A stretch of 64,000 bases of DNA from a virus, in IMG/VR virus record IMGVR_UViG_3300027686_001029. One strand, 5' to 3'. The notes under the pieces were generated by a model. The model made no database searches and was not told the DNA's origin. It saw only the letters and a list, made by a program, of their open reading frames with translations. Every line of letters starts with the position of its first letter. The first letter of the stretch is position 1. Below, piece by piece: positions 35,658 to 45,303 of the stretch. The translations under genes and the position numbers were made by a program.

Positions 35658-37576
35658 TAGTTGGATGGATCGATTACATTGGTAGCGTTAGTACTAAAGT
35701 CTCTTCCTGTATCTGGGCTTTTTCCAAAGTCTCCGGTTCCTACCTCAACACTTGCGTTTCTACCTCCAATATACTTTCTTAAGCTAGAGGTTATTTTTTC
35801 TGCGTTTACATTAAAATTATGTATGGGTGTAAATGCAATTGAACAGTCAAGAACATGTGGTACTAGGGGATTTTTTTTGCCGACACTTTGATTATTAGTT
35901 TCCCATTGGTAGGATGTGTTCCAGCTTAAATTTACACTTGTTATAAAGCCTTTTACGTTATTAAGGTAGTTTCCTATAGTTACTGCAGTCAAAGTTCCTT
36001 TCATAAAAGCTCCTTCAGTGTTATAAGTTGGAGCAGTAGTAGATACTAGTCCATTAATTTTTTGGTACATAGGTATTAATTCCTCTCTTGAAAATGCTGC
36101 TATTTTAAATGAAAAGTCTATTGTTCTATCAAATCCTTGATAAGTATAGAATTGTTCAGCTCTACCTACGTATCTTTCTCCGCCCCAGTCTCCAGTGTAA
36201 TTATCAGCTAAGCTATCTAAAAAAGCTCTAAAGTATATAAACCTTTCATCATCATTAGGTGTAATTATTTGAAATTCGAAAGGAATAATATCCTCTACTT
36301 CTGATTTACCGAGTATTGATTGTGTTTGCTCAGCTAATAGTCCTATTGCATCAGGATAAAGAGACGGTTTACTATTAGTACCACCTTTATTATACCTATT
36401 ACGTAAGGTTATATTACTATTTATATAGTTTGTTTCGTTCTTTTTTGTACCTACTGGCCTATAAACATTTAAGTCGCTAGTATCTGGTTTAGGATCAGTC
36501 CATCCTGCTTCTCCTATTAGTCCTTTTCTGTTTGACCTAGTTGTAGTGCCGTCGTTAACTAATTTTCGAAGTAAAGCATCGTTTTCTGTTGCAATACGAG
36601 TTGATATAGGAACGTTAATTTTACTTCTGCCTGAATTAGTAGTACCAACTGCGTTTTCATCGTCGCTGTTGAGATAACCGTTATTACGGTCAAAAGGTTT
36701 AGAGTTTGTTGGTTCTGTTAGTTGAACTTTTTCTAAAGAAGCATCTAACAAAGAGCCTAAGAATGGAATATTGTTTTTTAGTAATAAACTGTTAGTTGCA
36801 AGACTTGGTGTTCCTGGTAAGTTAAATCTAGCAAGAGCTTTACTCACAAAAGGTGGTTTACTCAAACTGTATATTGCTTTTAGTGCAAATGCTCCTAATG
36901 GTGCAGCATATTTTGCGAAAAGTTCTAATGATACGTCGCTACCAAATTCTGAGTTTTGAATAGATAAATCACTTTCAAACTGACTATTATTAAGTATACC
37001 TCCGTCTTCTAATCTACCGGATATTGTTTGACCTTTTAAAGCTTTTGATGCCCCGTCTACTCCTCCACCGATATCAGCAAAATCTTTTACTTTTTGAATA
37101 AATCTTCCTAAGCCGGTGCTAGCTTCCTCTCGGCCTCCTTCTCTAAGGTAGCCGTTTGCTCCTAATCCCTGTATAAAATGGGTACCTGTACCATTAACTG
37201 GTGCTTGTGCCAGAATAGACAGGGTAGTCTTAGCATTATTTAGTGCGGTATTTAATACCTGTTTACCTATACGTTTACCTAGTTCTTTAAAATTAAACTT
37301 ACCTTTCTTAGACTTACCAAGATTTTTTAAGTTTAATTCGTTTCCATACTGATAAAGTAGTGCTTGATTGGCTTGAAATTTGAGACCTTGTTTAGATAAT
37401 AGTAACTTACCTAATCTCTCAGTATCTGTTATACGTGAATTGATTTGGTTATACTTATTACCTATTTTATCTTCGATAATAGGAGAACCGTTACGGTACT
37501 CACTGTACTTAAGTGAGCGTAAATTAGTTTGTTCTCCTTTTAGCAGAGATGTTTTAAGGCCTTTATTTTCCGCCAT
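35657..37576 (-). CDS. Putative baseplate/tail-tube initiator protein
   Basis: C-terminal FRAFL....DNY...W....Y.GRAE.FY.Y.GF.R domain; position between tape measure and LysM genes. Confidence 0.6.
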   Translation of the reverse strand: MAENKGLKTSLLKGEQTNLRSLKYSEYRNGSPIIEDKIGNKYNQINSRITDTERLGKLLLSKQGLKFQANQALLYQYGNELNLKNLGKSKKGKFNFKELGKRIGKQVLNTALNNAKTTLSILAQAPVNGTGTHFIQGLGANGYLREGGREEASTGLGRFIQKVKDFADIGGGVDGASKALKGQTISGRLEDGGILNNSQFESDLSIQNSEFGSDVSLELFAKYAAPLGAFALKAIYSLSKPPFVSKALARFNLPGTPSLATNSLLLKNNIPFLGSLLDASLEKVQLTEPTNSKPFDRNNGYLNSDDENAVGTTNSGRSKINVPISTRIATENDALLRKLVNDGTTTRSNRKGLIGEAGWTDPKPDTSDLNVYRPVGTKKNETNYINSNITLRNRYNKGGTNSKPSLYPDAIGLLAEQTQSILGKSEVEDIIPFEFQIITPNDDERFIYFRAFLDSLADNYTGDWGGERYVGRAEQFYTYQGFDRTIDFSFKIAAFSREELIPMYQKINGLVSTTAPTYNTEGAFMKGTLTAVTIGNYLNNVKGFITSVNLSWNTSYQWETNNQSVGKKNPLVPHVLDCSIAFTPIHNFNVNAEKITSSLRKYIGGRNASVEVGTGDFGKSPDTGRDFSTNATNVIDPSN

Positions 37577-37579
37577 TTA

Positions 37580-37726
37580 TTAGTCTCTTGCTGCTGGTGG
37601 TGTAGCATCAACAATATTAGATCCTAAAGCATCTTCTGGTCTGTTGTCTTCGTAAGTTCCTAATGCAGGAAGCTCACCTTTCAATCCTAAGATGGAATTT
37701 GGTAATTGATCTTTTTTGATTCCCAT
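37580..37726 (-). CDS. Small hypothetical protein, 48 aa, not in ORF track
   Basis: MGIKKDQLPNSILGLKGELPALGTYEDNRPEDALGSNIVDATPPAARD; follows the TATTTATA motif. Confidence 0.6.
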   Translation of the reverse strand: MGIKKDQLPNSILGLKGELPALGTYEDNRPEDALGSNIVDATPPAARD

Positions 37727-37790
37727 GATTTTAAATTTAATTGGTTATATTATTATTATAAGTATAAATAGATAGTAAAAAAGGTATTAT

Positions 37791-40577
37791 CTACCCTAGT
37801 CCTGGATTTTTAGCTAATGCTGCTTGGACTTTATCTCCATCTAAGTACACATCAAAACTTTTATTTTTCATGACTGCTTTAAGTTGCTGCAGTTCTTTTA
37901 TAACATTATTATTACTAGTTTCTTCATTATCTCCTGTAATACCTGTTATTAAATCTGTTATTGCTCCTGTTGCTGCCACCATTGGTGCGGCGAATGCTGT
38001 GGTTATAACTAGATCTTGTAATTCATCTAATTTTTCAGTATCTAATTTATTTAATGCTGAAGCAACTAGTCCTATACCTGCTGCTATAGTAGTTAATGAT
38101 GTTCCAACACTTAGTAAGTCGGGAGCTAACGTAGAAATAGATTTTAATAAAGGTAAAGATAGGTATAACAAAGGTGCAGCTAGAAGTAATTGACCTGCAA
38201 ATAACGCTAATCCTGATCCTGCTACTATGAGTGCCGGTCCTAATGCGTAGAGAAATCCTAATTTATCTAGTGTCATTCCATCTAAGAAGGTATGAAACTC
38301 TTTTGCTACTAACGGAATTATTGTTGCAATACCGTTAAATACAGATGTGATTATTGTACCGAATGCTTCGATAGCGGGTGCGGCTGCTCTTAATCCAAGT
38401 CCAATTCCTATAATTCCTAAGGCTATCACACCTACACCAGCTGCAGTTGCAGGGTTGGCAAATACCGCTAAACCTGCTGCGATTGCTTGAGCAGATAAGG
38501 CGAATGATGATCCGAATAATCTTGACGAGGTGGTTGCTGTGGTTTGTGCTGCTGAGTATCCGAGTAGGTTTGCTGTTCCTGCTATAATTTTTTTGGAAAA
38601 CAGAGAGATTCCTCCTGCTAATTTAGTAAAAAGGAATCCTACCGCTTTAAAAGGCAACATAATTAAAGATCTTCCAAAGAGTAGTACTGCACCTACTACA
38701 GGTCCTCCAAAGCCTTTTGCAAAACTATCTATAAATTCAATAGATTTAGCTATTGCATAAGCTAAAGGTTTTACAATCGACCCGAGTACATCTACAATAG
38801 GAATAAGTACCTCTAGAACAGGTGAAAAAGATTGTGCTAATTTAGAAACCATTAAATTTAACTTAGTCTGTACATCTAAAGCTTCTGAAGCTTCAATTGT
38901 TATTCCTCTTGCAGCTGCTTTTTGTTTCTTTGTTAAGTTTAATCCTTGAGACTGGTTAATTAGCATTTCAGCCATTTCCTGTTTACTCATTCCCATTGCT
39001 TCAGAAATAGCATTTTGTTGTATTCTATTCATATTAGCAAACTCTAGTGCTGATGCTCCTTGTTTGCTTAGTTCTTGTGCTAATCCTGCTAAATCATTAT
39101 TTAATGCTAGTTCTCTAGCTTTACCTAATCTTATATGTTTACCTGTTAATAGTTGAGCTTCTAATTCACTTTCTATAGAAGATTCAAAGTCCATTAATTT
39201 ATCTGCTATACTATTAACTTTAGATAAATCTATACCTAATTTACGTGCTGCTGCTGCTGCTTCTGAAAGTGCAGTAGGGCTATTGCCTAATGATAAAGCT
39301 ATATCGTCACTTACGTTTAGTACGTCTTTCATTACCTCGTGTGGACTAACAATTGAATCATTTAATGTATTGAATGCTGAAACAGAGTTATATATGTTGT
39401 CGTTAAATGTACCTACGTTTCCTCCAAATGTTTTACTTAGTCTGCCTATTTGAATAGCTTCATCGCTGCTTAACCCTAAAAGATTTTTTGCTTCAGCTAA
39501 CCTACTTAGATCTTCTTTAGAAAATACAGACGTACTAAGCATTCCTAATTTTCTAGTTGCCTCGGCTGATAATTCTAGTGTTTGAGCAGCTGATGCTAAG
39601 TTAGTGTTAAGACTTGCAAAATTAGTATCAGTTCTACCTGTTTGTCTTTGAAAGTCTGTCTGTGCCTTATTTACTGCTAAAAATGCTTTTAATATATTAC
39701 CTAAGATGACTACTGGGTCTGTTAATGCAGCTCCTATTGCTTTTGCAGCTCCTTTTGCACCTATCAAAGCAACTTGAAGTCTACTTCCCTCTTTAGCTGC
39801 TTCTCGCATTTCTTCAGTTGTCTCCTTTAGTATATCCTGTACTTGTGAAGAAGAAATACCTAATTTAGTCATCAGTCCTCCTACTCCTTCTAATGCAGCA
39901 CCGGATAATCCCATTGCTTTATTAATTCGTAGTTGTAACTGTATTTGTTCTTCTGTCTTATTAAGTAATTCTTGGGTTATATCAACATTGTCTGTTCCTA
40001 TACCTCTTCTAGATATCTCTAGTGCTATAAGTGCTCTTGTCTCATCAGACGAGTCTTTTAATGCCTTTAGATTCATTATTGCGTCTAATGCAGAATCATG
40101 ATTATGAGAATTGCCGTCTGATTTTAGATTATTTAACTGTTTTGTTAAATTTACACCGGTGGTTTGGGAGATAATGTTGACGGCAGCGGAAGCAGCATGC
40201 GCATCTTGTAATACTATTTTTTGCTTAAGACTCTGCAATTGAATTAGGCTCATATCAGCGGATCCAGATTCAACATCTTTTAGTTTCTCAGCAGCATTAG
40301 TAATCTGTCTCATTGCAGACCTACTTCTTCCTAATTCTGTTGTTTGACCTTTAAATTCTGATGCTATTGCTTTGACTCTTTCAAATAGAGATGATGCTGT
40401 TCCTTCAAGATTAGCTAATTCACGACGTTCTTCTCTAATAGCTTGATTTATAGCCTGTTGAGATCTAGCTCTATCAGAACCTATCTTAGTGGTATCTGCT
40501 CCAGTCTTTTTCTCAAGTGCATTTAAATCTTTGAGAAGTTTCTGTCTTTCTCTTAAGTCGTCGTTCTGCTTTGCCAT
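37791..40577 (-). CDS. Tail tape measure protein
   Basis: 928 aa, helical Ala/Leu-rich with hydrophobic Gly/Ala stretches; downstream of the tube and chaperone genes. Confidence 0.85.
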   Translation of the reverse strand: MAKQNDDLRERQKLLKDLNALEKKTGADTTKIGSDRARSQQAINQAIREERRELANLEGTASSLFERVKAIASEFKGQTTELGRSRSAMRQITNAAEKLKDVESGSADMSLIQLQSLKQKIVLQDAHAASAAVNIISQTTGVNLTKQLNNLKSDGNSHNHDSALDAIMNLKALKDSSDETRALIALEISRRGIGTDNVDITQELLNKTEEQIQLQLRINKAMGLSGAALEGVGGLMTKLGISSSQVQDILKETTEEMREAAKEGSRLQVALIGAKGAAKAIGAALTDPVVILGNILKAFLAVNKAQTDFQRQTGRTDTNFASLNTNLASAAQTLELSAEATRKLGMLSTSVFSKEDLSRLAEAKNLLGLSSDEAIQIGRLSKTFGGNVGTFNDNIYNSVSAFNTLNDSIVSPHEVMKDVLNVSDDIALSLGNSPTALSEAAAAARKLGIDLSKVNSIADKLMDFESSIESELEAQLLTGKHIRLGKARELALNNDLAGLAQELSKQGASALEFANMNRIQQNAISEAMGMSKQEMAEMLINQSQGLNLTKKQKAAARGITIEASEALDVQTKLNLMVSKLAQSFSPVLEVLIPIVDVLGSIVKPLAYAIAKSIEFIDSFAKGFGGPVVGAVLLFGRSLIMLPFKAVGFLFTKLAGGISLFSKKIIAGTANLLGYSAAQTTATTSSRLFGSSFALSAQAIAAGLAVFANPATAAGVGVIALGIIGIGLGLRAAAPAIEAFGTIITSVFNGIATIIPLVAKEFHTFLDGMTLDKLGFLYALGPALIVAGSGLALFAGQLLLAAPLLYLSLPLLKSISTLAPDLLSVGTSLTTIAAGIGLVASALNKLDTEKLDELQDLVITTAFAAPMVAATGAITDLITGITGDNEETSNNNVIKELQQLKAVMKNKSFDVYLDGDKVQAALAKNPGLG

Positions 40578-40617
40578 TAGGTAGTAGTTCTATATAGTAT
40601 AAATAGTTAAGGCCCGC

Positions 40618-40872
40618 CTATTTGCGAGCCTTTGTACTATATGAAGGTTTTTTAATATTCGGTCCCATTGATGGAGTGCTGTTAGCTGGTTTTCCTTTAG
40701 CAGCTTCCTGCTCTGCTTCATAAAAATCAATTATCTTTCTGTGAGTAAAGTTTCTTAACCATATGGGCATATTATATATTGTGTTATAGTTGTAACCTCC
40801 TTTTCCATGAAATACTATATCATGAACTTGATTAAATATGTTTACTCTATATTGTTGCGTCAGGCCAAAGAA
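40618..40872 (-). CDS. ATG-less reading frame overlapping the chaperone end in +1 frame (GT-like extension or gp51-like)
   Basis: FFGLTQQYRVNIFNQVHDIVFHGKGGYNYNTIYNMPIWLRNF...; open to the TAG at 40618 and bounded upstream by an in-frame TAG. Confidence 0.65.
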   Translation of the reverse strand, partial: FFGLTQQYRVNIFNQVHDIVFHGKGGYNYNTIYNMPIWLRNFTHRKIIDFYEAEQEAAKGKPANSTPSMGPNIKKPSYSTKARK

Positions 40873-41590
40873 AGTTAATTCCTATCGGAATTGTAACCCC
40901 TCCTTCTGGTCCGTTCTCTGGGTAGAACGTTAGATCGACGTCTGGTGATACTTCTGCCATATGTTTTCTAAAAGATCTTGAGTCTCTAGCAAGAAATAAG
41001 TTATCTACGAAATCTCTTACTGCCTTGGTATCTCCATTACCGTCAACTGATGTAATAGTATGTTTAAGTCTAGTAGATAATTCAGGAGAAGCATCTTTGT
41101 TAAATTTCTTTAACCCTCTTACTTCAGCATCTACCTTTTGTTCATCACCGTGAGTTAGTAACTTAAAGGTTATCACTGTACCTGATGAAGGTAAAGTATA
41201 CTCTAACTCATTATTACCATCTTTAAATTTTGAAAGGTCTACGTCCTTATGTCCTAATTGAGAAAGATCAACTGTTTCTTTTTCTCCTCCATAAGTAATT
41301 TCGTATTCTGCTCCATACCCTAAGATACGTGCTGCAACTAATAGTGCATTTTTATCTCCTGATAAGATTGTACTGTAGTCGATAGTTTTGTCTACAATTA
41401 ATGCCTGTAATAATTTATCTATTACTGTGCCTTTTTCAATGTAGTTTTGATTTGTTAAAATATCTTCTTCTTTTGCAGTCATATACTTCATCTCTATCGT
41501 TCCGGATGATAAAGGTGAGTCTTTAGAATACAATAAGCCTTTTGAAGGTAATTCAACTTGTTCCGTTGGGAATTTAGTCTCTGTGCTCAT
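40847..41590 (-). CDS. Tail assembly chaperone / T4 gp26-like baseplate assembly protein
   Basis: VELPSKG..Y, MKYMTAKEEDIL, LVAARILGYG; lies between tube and tape measure genes. Confidence 0.75.
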   Translation of the reverse strand: MSTETKFPTEQVELPSKGLLYSKDSPLSSGTIEMKYMTAKEEDILTNQNYIEKGTVIDKLLQALIVDKTIDYSTILSGDKNALLVAARILGYGAEYEITYGGEKETVDLSQLGHKDVDLSKFKDGNNELEYTLPSSGTVITFKLLTHGDEQKVDAEVRGLKKFNKDASPELSTRLKHTITSVDGNGDTKAVRDFVDNLFLARDSRSFRKHMAEVSPDVDLTFYPENGPEGGVTIPIGINFLWPDATI

Positions 41591-41621
41591 AAATTTTATT
41601 TTGTGTAACTATAGTTATATA

Positions 41622-41652
41622 TAAATATAAGATAAATAACTTTATAAAACAA
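41622..41652 (-). promoter_or_regulatory. Sigma-A-like promoter overlapping a TATTTATA motif
   Basis: TTG-N20-TATATTTA. Confidence 0.55.
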
Positions 41653-41676
41653 CAAAACCCGACAAAAAGTCGGGCT
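41650..41676 (-). terminator. Intrinsic terminator after the tail tube gene
   Basis: Stem cccgac/gtcggg followed by TTTTGTTG. Confidence 0.8.
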
Positions 41677-41697
41677 TTATTTTTAATACTATAATGT

Positions 41698-42183
41698 TTA
41701 GTAGTTGAGAACGCAATAATCCATTGCTACTGTAATCTGTAGTTCTGCTGCATCTGAATTTGCCCAGTCAAACGATCCTTGTTGCATGTTTGTAATAAAC
41801 GCTCCTTGAATAATCCATTCTGATACGATATCACCTACAGGTCCTAATAGATTTAATGTTAAATCTTTTTTGTAGAAATCTGAGTATCCTGCTCTTCCTG
41901 TTACGGATTCATAAGATAAACGAGCCCAGTCCATTACTGCTTGTGCTCCAGAAGGTGTTATAGGATCATATAATGTCATGTCCATGTTATTCCAAGATCT
42001 TTTTCCTCGGATTTTTCTATATGTGTTGATATGATCAAGCTTCACCTCTTCATCCTCAAATGAAGGTGCAGTTACAGATTTTATCATGAAAGATGGAATT
42101 CCATCTACATACATGACAAACCTATTCTGTACCTTAGGTTCAAAGGCTTTAAACATTATTTCGTTTGGATCTAATACTGCCAT
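41698..42183 (-). CDS. Tail tube protein (T4 gp19-like)
   Basis: FEPKVQNRF, LYDPI, GYSDFYKKD, W..QGAF, FDW; follows the sheath gene. Confidence 0.88.
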   Translation of the reverse strand: MAVLDPNEIMFKAFEPKVQNRFVMYVDGIPSFMIKSVTAPSFEDEEVKLDHINTYRKIRGKRSWNNMDMTLYDPITPSGAQAVMDWARLSYESVTGRAGYSDFYKKDLTLNLLGPVGDIVSEWIIQGAFITNMQQGSFDWANSDAAELQITVAMDYCVLNY

Positions 42184-42219
42184 TTTATTTTCGTTTATTA
42201 TAAATATTCACGTTTTAAA

Positions 42220-43977
42220 TTATCCTGCAAAAGTTGCTCCACCTGGCTCAACTGTAAAGTCAAGTACGATGTATTCTACTGTCTTAGCTGGTTGGATAAA
42301 TATCTGACCTACTAATTGGTTTCTGTCAACTACGTCTGCAGTGTTGTTTGTGTCATCCATTACTACTCTGAAAGCGTAAAGACCTTGTCTTTGTACTACT
42401 GATTCTAAGTAAGGATTAACTTGCGATAAGAAAGCGTTTCTAGTTTGGATAGTATTCTGTTCGAATATTAAAGTTTTAGAAACATCTCCTACAAATTTCT
42501 TAAGTGAAATTAATAGTCTTCTCACGTTTACTCTATCAAGAGCTGATTTTTTCTTTTGTAAGGTCTTTTGACCGAATACTGAAATACCAGATCCTGGGAA
42601 CGTTGCAATTGGGTTAATGTTATTTGTATAAAGAGTATCTCTTTGAGTTCTCGTTAACTTTCTTTCTGCTTGTATAACATTTCCAATACCTCCTCTAGTA
42701 AGACCTGCTGGTGCGAACCAAGGTGCTGCTGCTCCATCTGTAAAGGCATATACTCCTGGAATAACTGTCGAAGCAGGTATCCATACGTTTCTACCAGACT
42801 CAGATTGAGTCTGTAACCAAGGCCAGTAAGTAGCTGCATACGAACTATTAATTGTATTTGCTGCTGCTGTTGCATTGGATACTGTTGCTCCATATTGCTC
42901 TACATCTACTACTGCGATACAATCTCCTCTTGTCTCTGCTAAAGAGATAATAGAATCAATCGGTGCTTTGTGAGTAGCGAAGTCATATATTAAACCTGGT
43001 GCTGATATAACGTTAAATACGTATTCGTCTTTGTTGTTTAATATTGAAATAGCATCTGTATAGTTAGGACCTGTTAATCCTTGAGTATCTAGATTAGATA
43101 TATCTCCATTAAATTTCATTGCTCTATGTGAAGAAGCTTCTAAACCAGTTGCTCCAAAGAAAGAACCAGAAGATTTAGACGGTAGAGATCCTGAATAAGA
43201 AAAGCCATCAGATGCTACTCCTACTGTTAGTCCGTCATTACCTAAGTAATCTATTGTCTTGTTTGCTACTGAAGCGACTCTAATATAATTTGATCTTGTA
43301 ACATATTCTCCTGATGATATTACAAAAGTAGCACCGTCTCCATCTGTTGTCTTGGATAGTGTTTGGTTACCAATTTGTCTTTCTATGTAATTAGAAGAAT
43401 TCGGGTCTAAAGAAACGTTATTAAAAGTTTCTAGTACAATTTTATTTTTTGTATTATCGTCTCCACGTCTAATTATAAGGCTAAATTCACCTACTTTAGT
43501 ATTAACGTTAGATACTTCCCATCTTAGGTTGTCAGCTGAACCAGTTACTAATGAACCATCACTATTTTGGTGAGTTGTTCCTGTGCCTGCTTCTGCATTG
43601 TAAATTGTACCTCTACCTAGAGTAGTTAAGGTAAAAGGGTTAGTAATTGATGCTGTCTGTGCTGTTATAGTAGTATTGGTTGCTGATGTAAATGAACCAG
43701 TTACTACTCTAGTAATTACCGCTGTGTTACCGCCTTGGTTAAAATAAGATTTAACTGCAATTGAAGTAAGGTATTCGTAGTTATTAGAGCCAGATTTAAG
43801 AGTCGTACCAAAAAGTCTTTGGTATTGACCGTATGATGTTACAAGTGTAGGAACTTCTACGGGTCCTTTTACCGATGGACCAATGAACGCTGCTCCAGCT
43901 TCTACTGGGGATGGTGCGATAAATGATACATCGTTTTCGCGTGCTAGTACACCTGGTGAGATTAATGCTTCTGCCAT
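42220..43977 (-). CDS. Tail sheath protein
   Basis: SPGV, WFAPAG..RG, NINPI, FGQKTLQ, DRVNVRRL, FEQN, IQPAKTVEYI.LDF. Confidence 0.95.
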   Translation of the reverse strand: MAEALISPGVLARENDVSFIAPSPVEAGAAFIGPSVKGPVEVPTLVTSYGQYQRLFGTTLKSGSNNYEYLTSIAVKSYFNQGGNTAVITRVVTGSFTSATNTTITAQTASITNPFTLTTLGRGTIYNAEAGTGTTHQNSDGSLVTGSADNLRWEVSNVNTKVGEFSLIIRRGDDNTKNKIVLETFNNVSLDPNSSNYIERQIGNQTLSKTTDGDGATFVISSGEYVTRSNYIRVASVANKTIDYLGNDGLTVGVASDGFSYSGSLPSKSSGSFFGATGLEASSHRAMKFNGDISNLDTQGLTGPNYTDAISILNNKDEYVFNVISAPGLIYDFATHKAPIDSIISLAETRGDCIAVVDVEQYGATVSNATAAANTINSSYAATYWPWLQTQSESGRNVWIPASTVIPGVYAFTDGAAAPWFAPAGLTRGGIGNVIQAERKLTRTQRDTLYTNNINPIATFPGSGISVFGQKTLQKKKSALDRVNVRRLLISLKKFVGDVSKTLIFEQNTIQTRNAFLSQVNPYLESVVQRQGLYAFRVVMDDTNNTADVVDRNQLVGQIFIQPAKTVEYIVLDFTVEPGGATFAG

Positions 43978-44005
43978 GTTTTGTATGTTAAAATTATGAG
44001 TCTAT

Positions 44006-44013
44006 TATAAATA
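44006..44013 (-). promoter_or_regulatory. Representative copy of the recurrent TATTTAT(A/T) upstream motif (candidate late promoter)
   Basis: Same motif at 2775, 16252, 22662, 25451, 26859, 30699, 37763, 40598, 41620, 42199, 44064, 54161, 63579. Confidence 0.55.
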
Positions 44014-44091
44014 TCGTCTATATATCGAAAACAGCCTAAAATAACTAATGACTCTTTTACTAATATAAATATGTTTTAATTAGCGTAAAAG

Positions 44092-44343
44092 TTACTCAAT
44101 AGTATTATATTTTCCATTCTCTAAATCTAACTGTCCTTTACCGTAAGTCGATTCTAGTAATTCAGCTAATTCCACCTCTTTATTCTTTAAGTGCTTGTGT
44201 ATATTTTCAGCTTGTTCTTTTCTTTCTTTTAGTGTAATTTCCTGTACGTATAGGTTACCGAAATCTTGTTGTAATTTTCCTTGATCTATCTGTAATTGTT
44301 TGATTTGTGCTATTATTGGTTTACTTACTATAAAATCCGGCAT
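44092..44343 (-). CDS. Hypothetical coiled-coil protein
   Basis: Heptad-like Q/L/E-rich ORF. Confidence 0.65.
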   Translation of the reverse strand: MPDFIVSKPIIAQIKQLQIDQGKLQQDFGNLYVQEITLKERKEQAENIHKHLKNKEVELAELLESTYGKGQLDLENGKYNTIE

Positions 44344-44382
44344 TGTTTATTAATTTAAATTGGTTTAAAACTCTTTTGTTAT

Positions 44383-45303
44383 TTAACATTGGTTGCTATG
44401 GTAGTGTTCTTCTTTATCTTCTGTTAAGATAGGATTGAACCAGAAGTCATATACTTTTGTTGCCCAGTGTTTATGTGCTTTTTCATCGTAGTGATGATCT
44501 TTTGCATGTTCAGAAATCTTCATATCTGGGTTTTGTTTCATATGTCCATAAAAAGACCTATCGTGATCTAAAAATGCATAGTGGTATTTACTATCTTCTC
44601 TATACATCCTTAATAGGTTTATATAAGTTTTTTTAATCGGGTGGTGAGCATAGGCTTTAGGAATATAATCAAAACCGGGTAAACTATTTATAGTATTTCC
44701 ATGATACTTTTGTATATTTAAACTTTTTAGCCAGTGATTCATACTTACTATCTTCTGTAGCATAATATAGTCACTGAATAAGTTATCAAATAACATAACT
44801 TTTGCTTTTTTTAATTCACTTAAATTTAGTATATACTCAGGAGTTAAATTTTCTAAGCGATTAGTATCCAACGCAGGTGATAATGATATGAGTGAGTTAT
44901 GTGGGTAAAGTTGATCCAGACCTTCAGGTTTACTTTCGTCTTTAGGAACGTATACTTCATACCTATCTACACCACTCCAAAATAATATTACAATAATATC
45001 TTCTGGTAGATATTTCGGTTTCCTAGATTCTGCGTTTTTACCTTGTTCCGGTACTGAATCAAAATCTTTTTCTTCTCCTAGTATAACATTATCAATAATC
45101 CAATCTTGAGTGGTTCTGAAGATAGTATCATTACTAGCGCCGGGTTGGGCAATATTTACTACCTCTTTTACTTTCAATAGGTCTCCTAAGTGTTTAGGCC
45201 ATGCTTTATGGTAACAATTTGGTTGATAAACATATTCCATTTCTGAGCCTGCAGTATGACTGCATCCATTTACTAATAAAATCTTATTCTTAAAATCCTT
45301 CAT
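44383..45303 (-). CDS. SGNH/GDSL-like hydrolase or acyltransferase-like protein
   Basis: NGCSHTAG (block I), NIAQPGASN (block II), C-terminal DHHY..KAH..W. Confidence 0.55.
   Translation of the reverse strand: MKDFKNKILLVNGCSHTAGSEMEYVYQPNCYHKAWPKHLGDLLKVKEVVNIAQPGASNDTIFRTTQDWIIDNVILGEEKDFDSVPEQGKNAESRKPKYLPEDIIVILFWSGVDRYEVYVPKDESKPEGLDQLYPHNSLISLSPALDTNRLENLTPEYILNLSELKKAKVMLFDNLFSDYIMLQKIVSMNHWLKSLNIQKYHGNTINSLPGFDYIPKAYAHHPIKKTYINLLRMYREDSKYHYAFLDHDRSFYGHMKQNPDMKISEHAKDHHYDEKAHKHWATKVYDFWFNPILTEDKEEHYHSNQC

Noticed and set aside
10669-42893. Alternative-frame minus-strand ORFs nested in genes (10669, 18241, 20552, 26066, 42654)
   Set aside because: Fully overlap conserved genes and have no motifs or independent signals
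44006-44013. T4-type sigma-55 late promoter TATAAATA
   Set aside because: That sequence lies on the non-coding strand here; the sense-strand motif is TATTTATA
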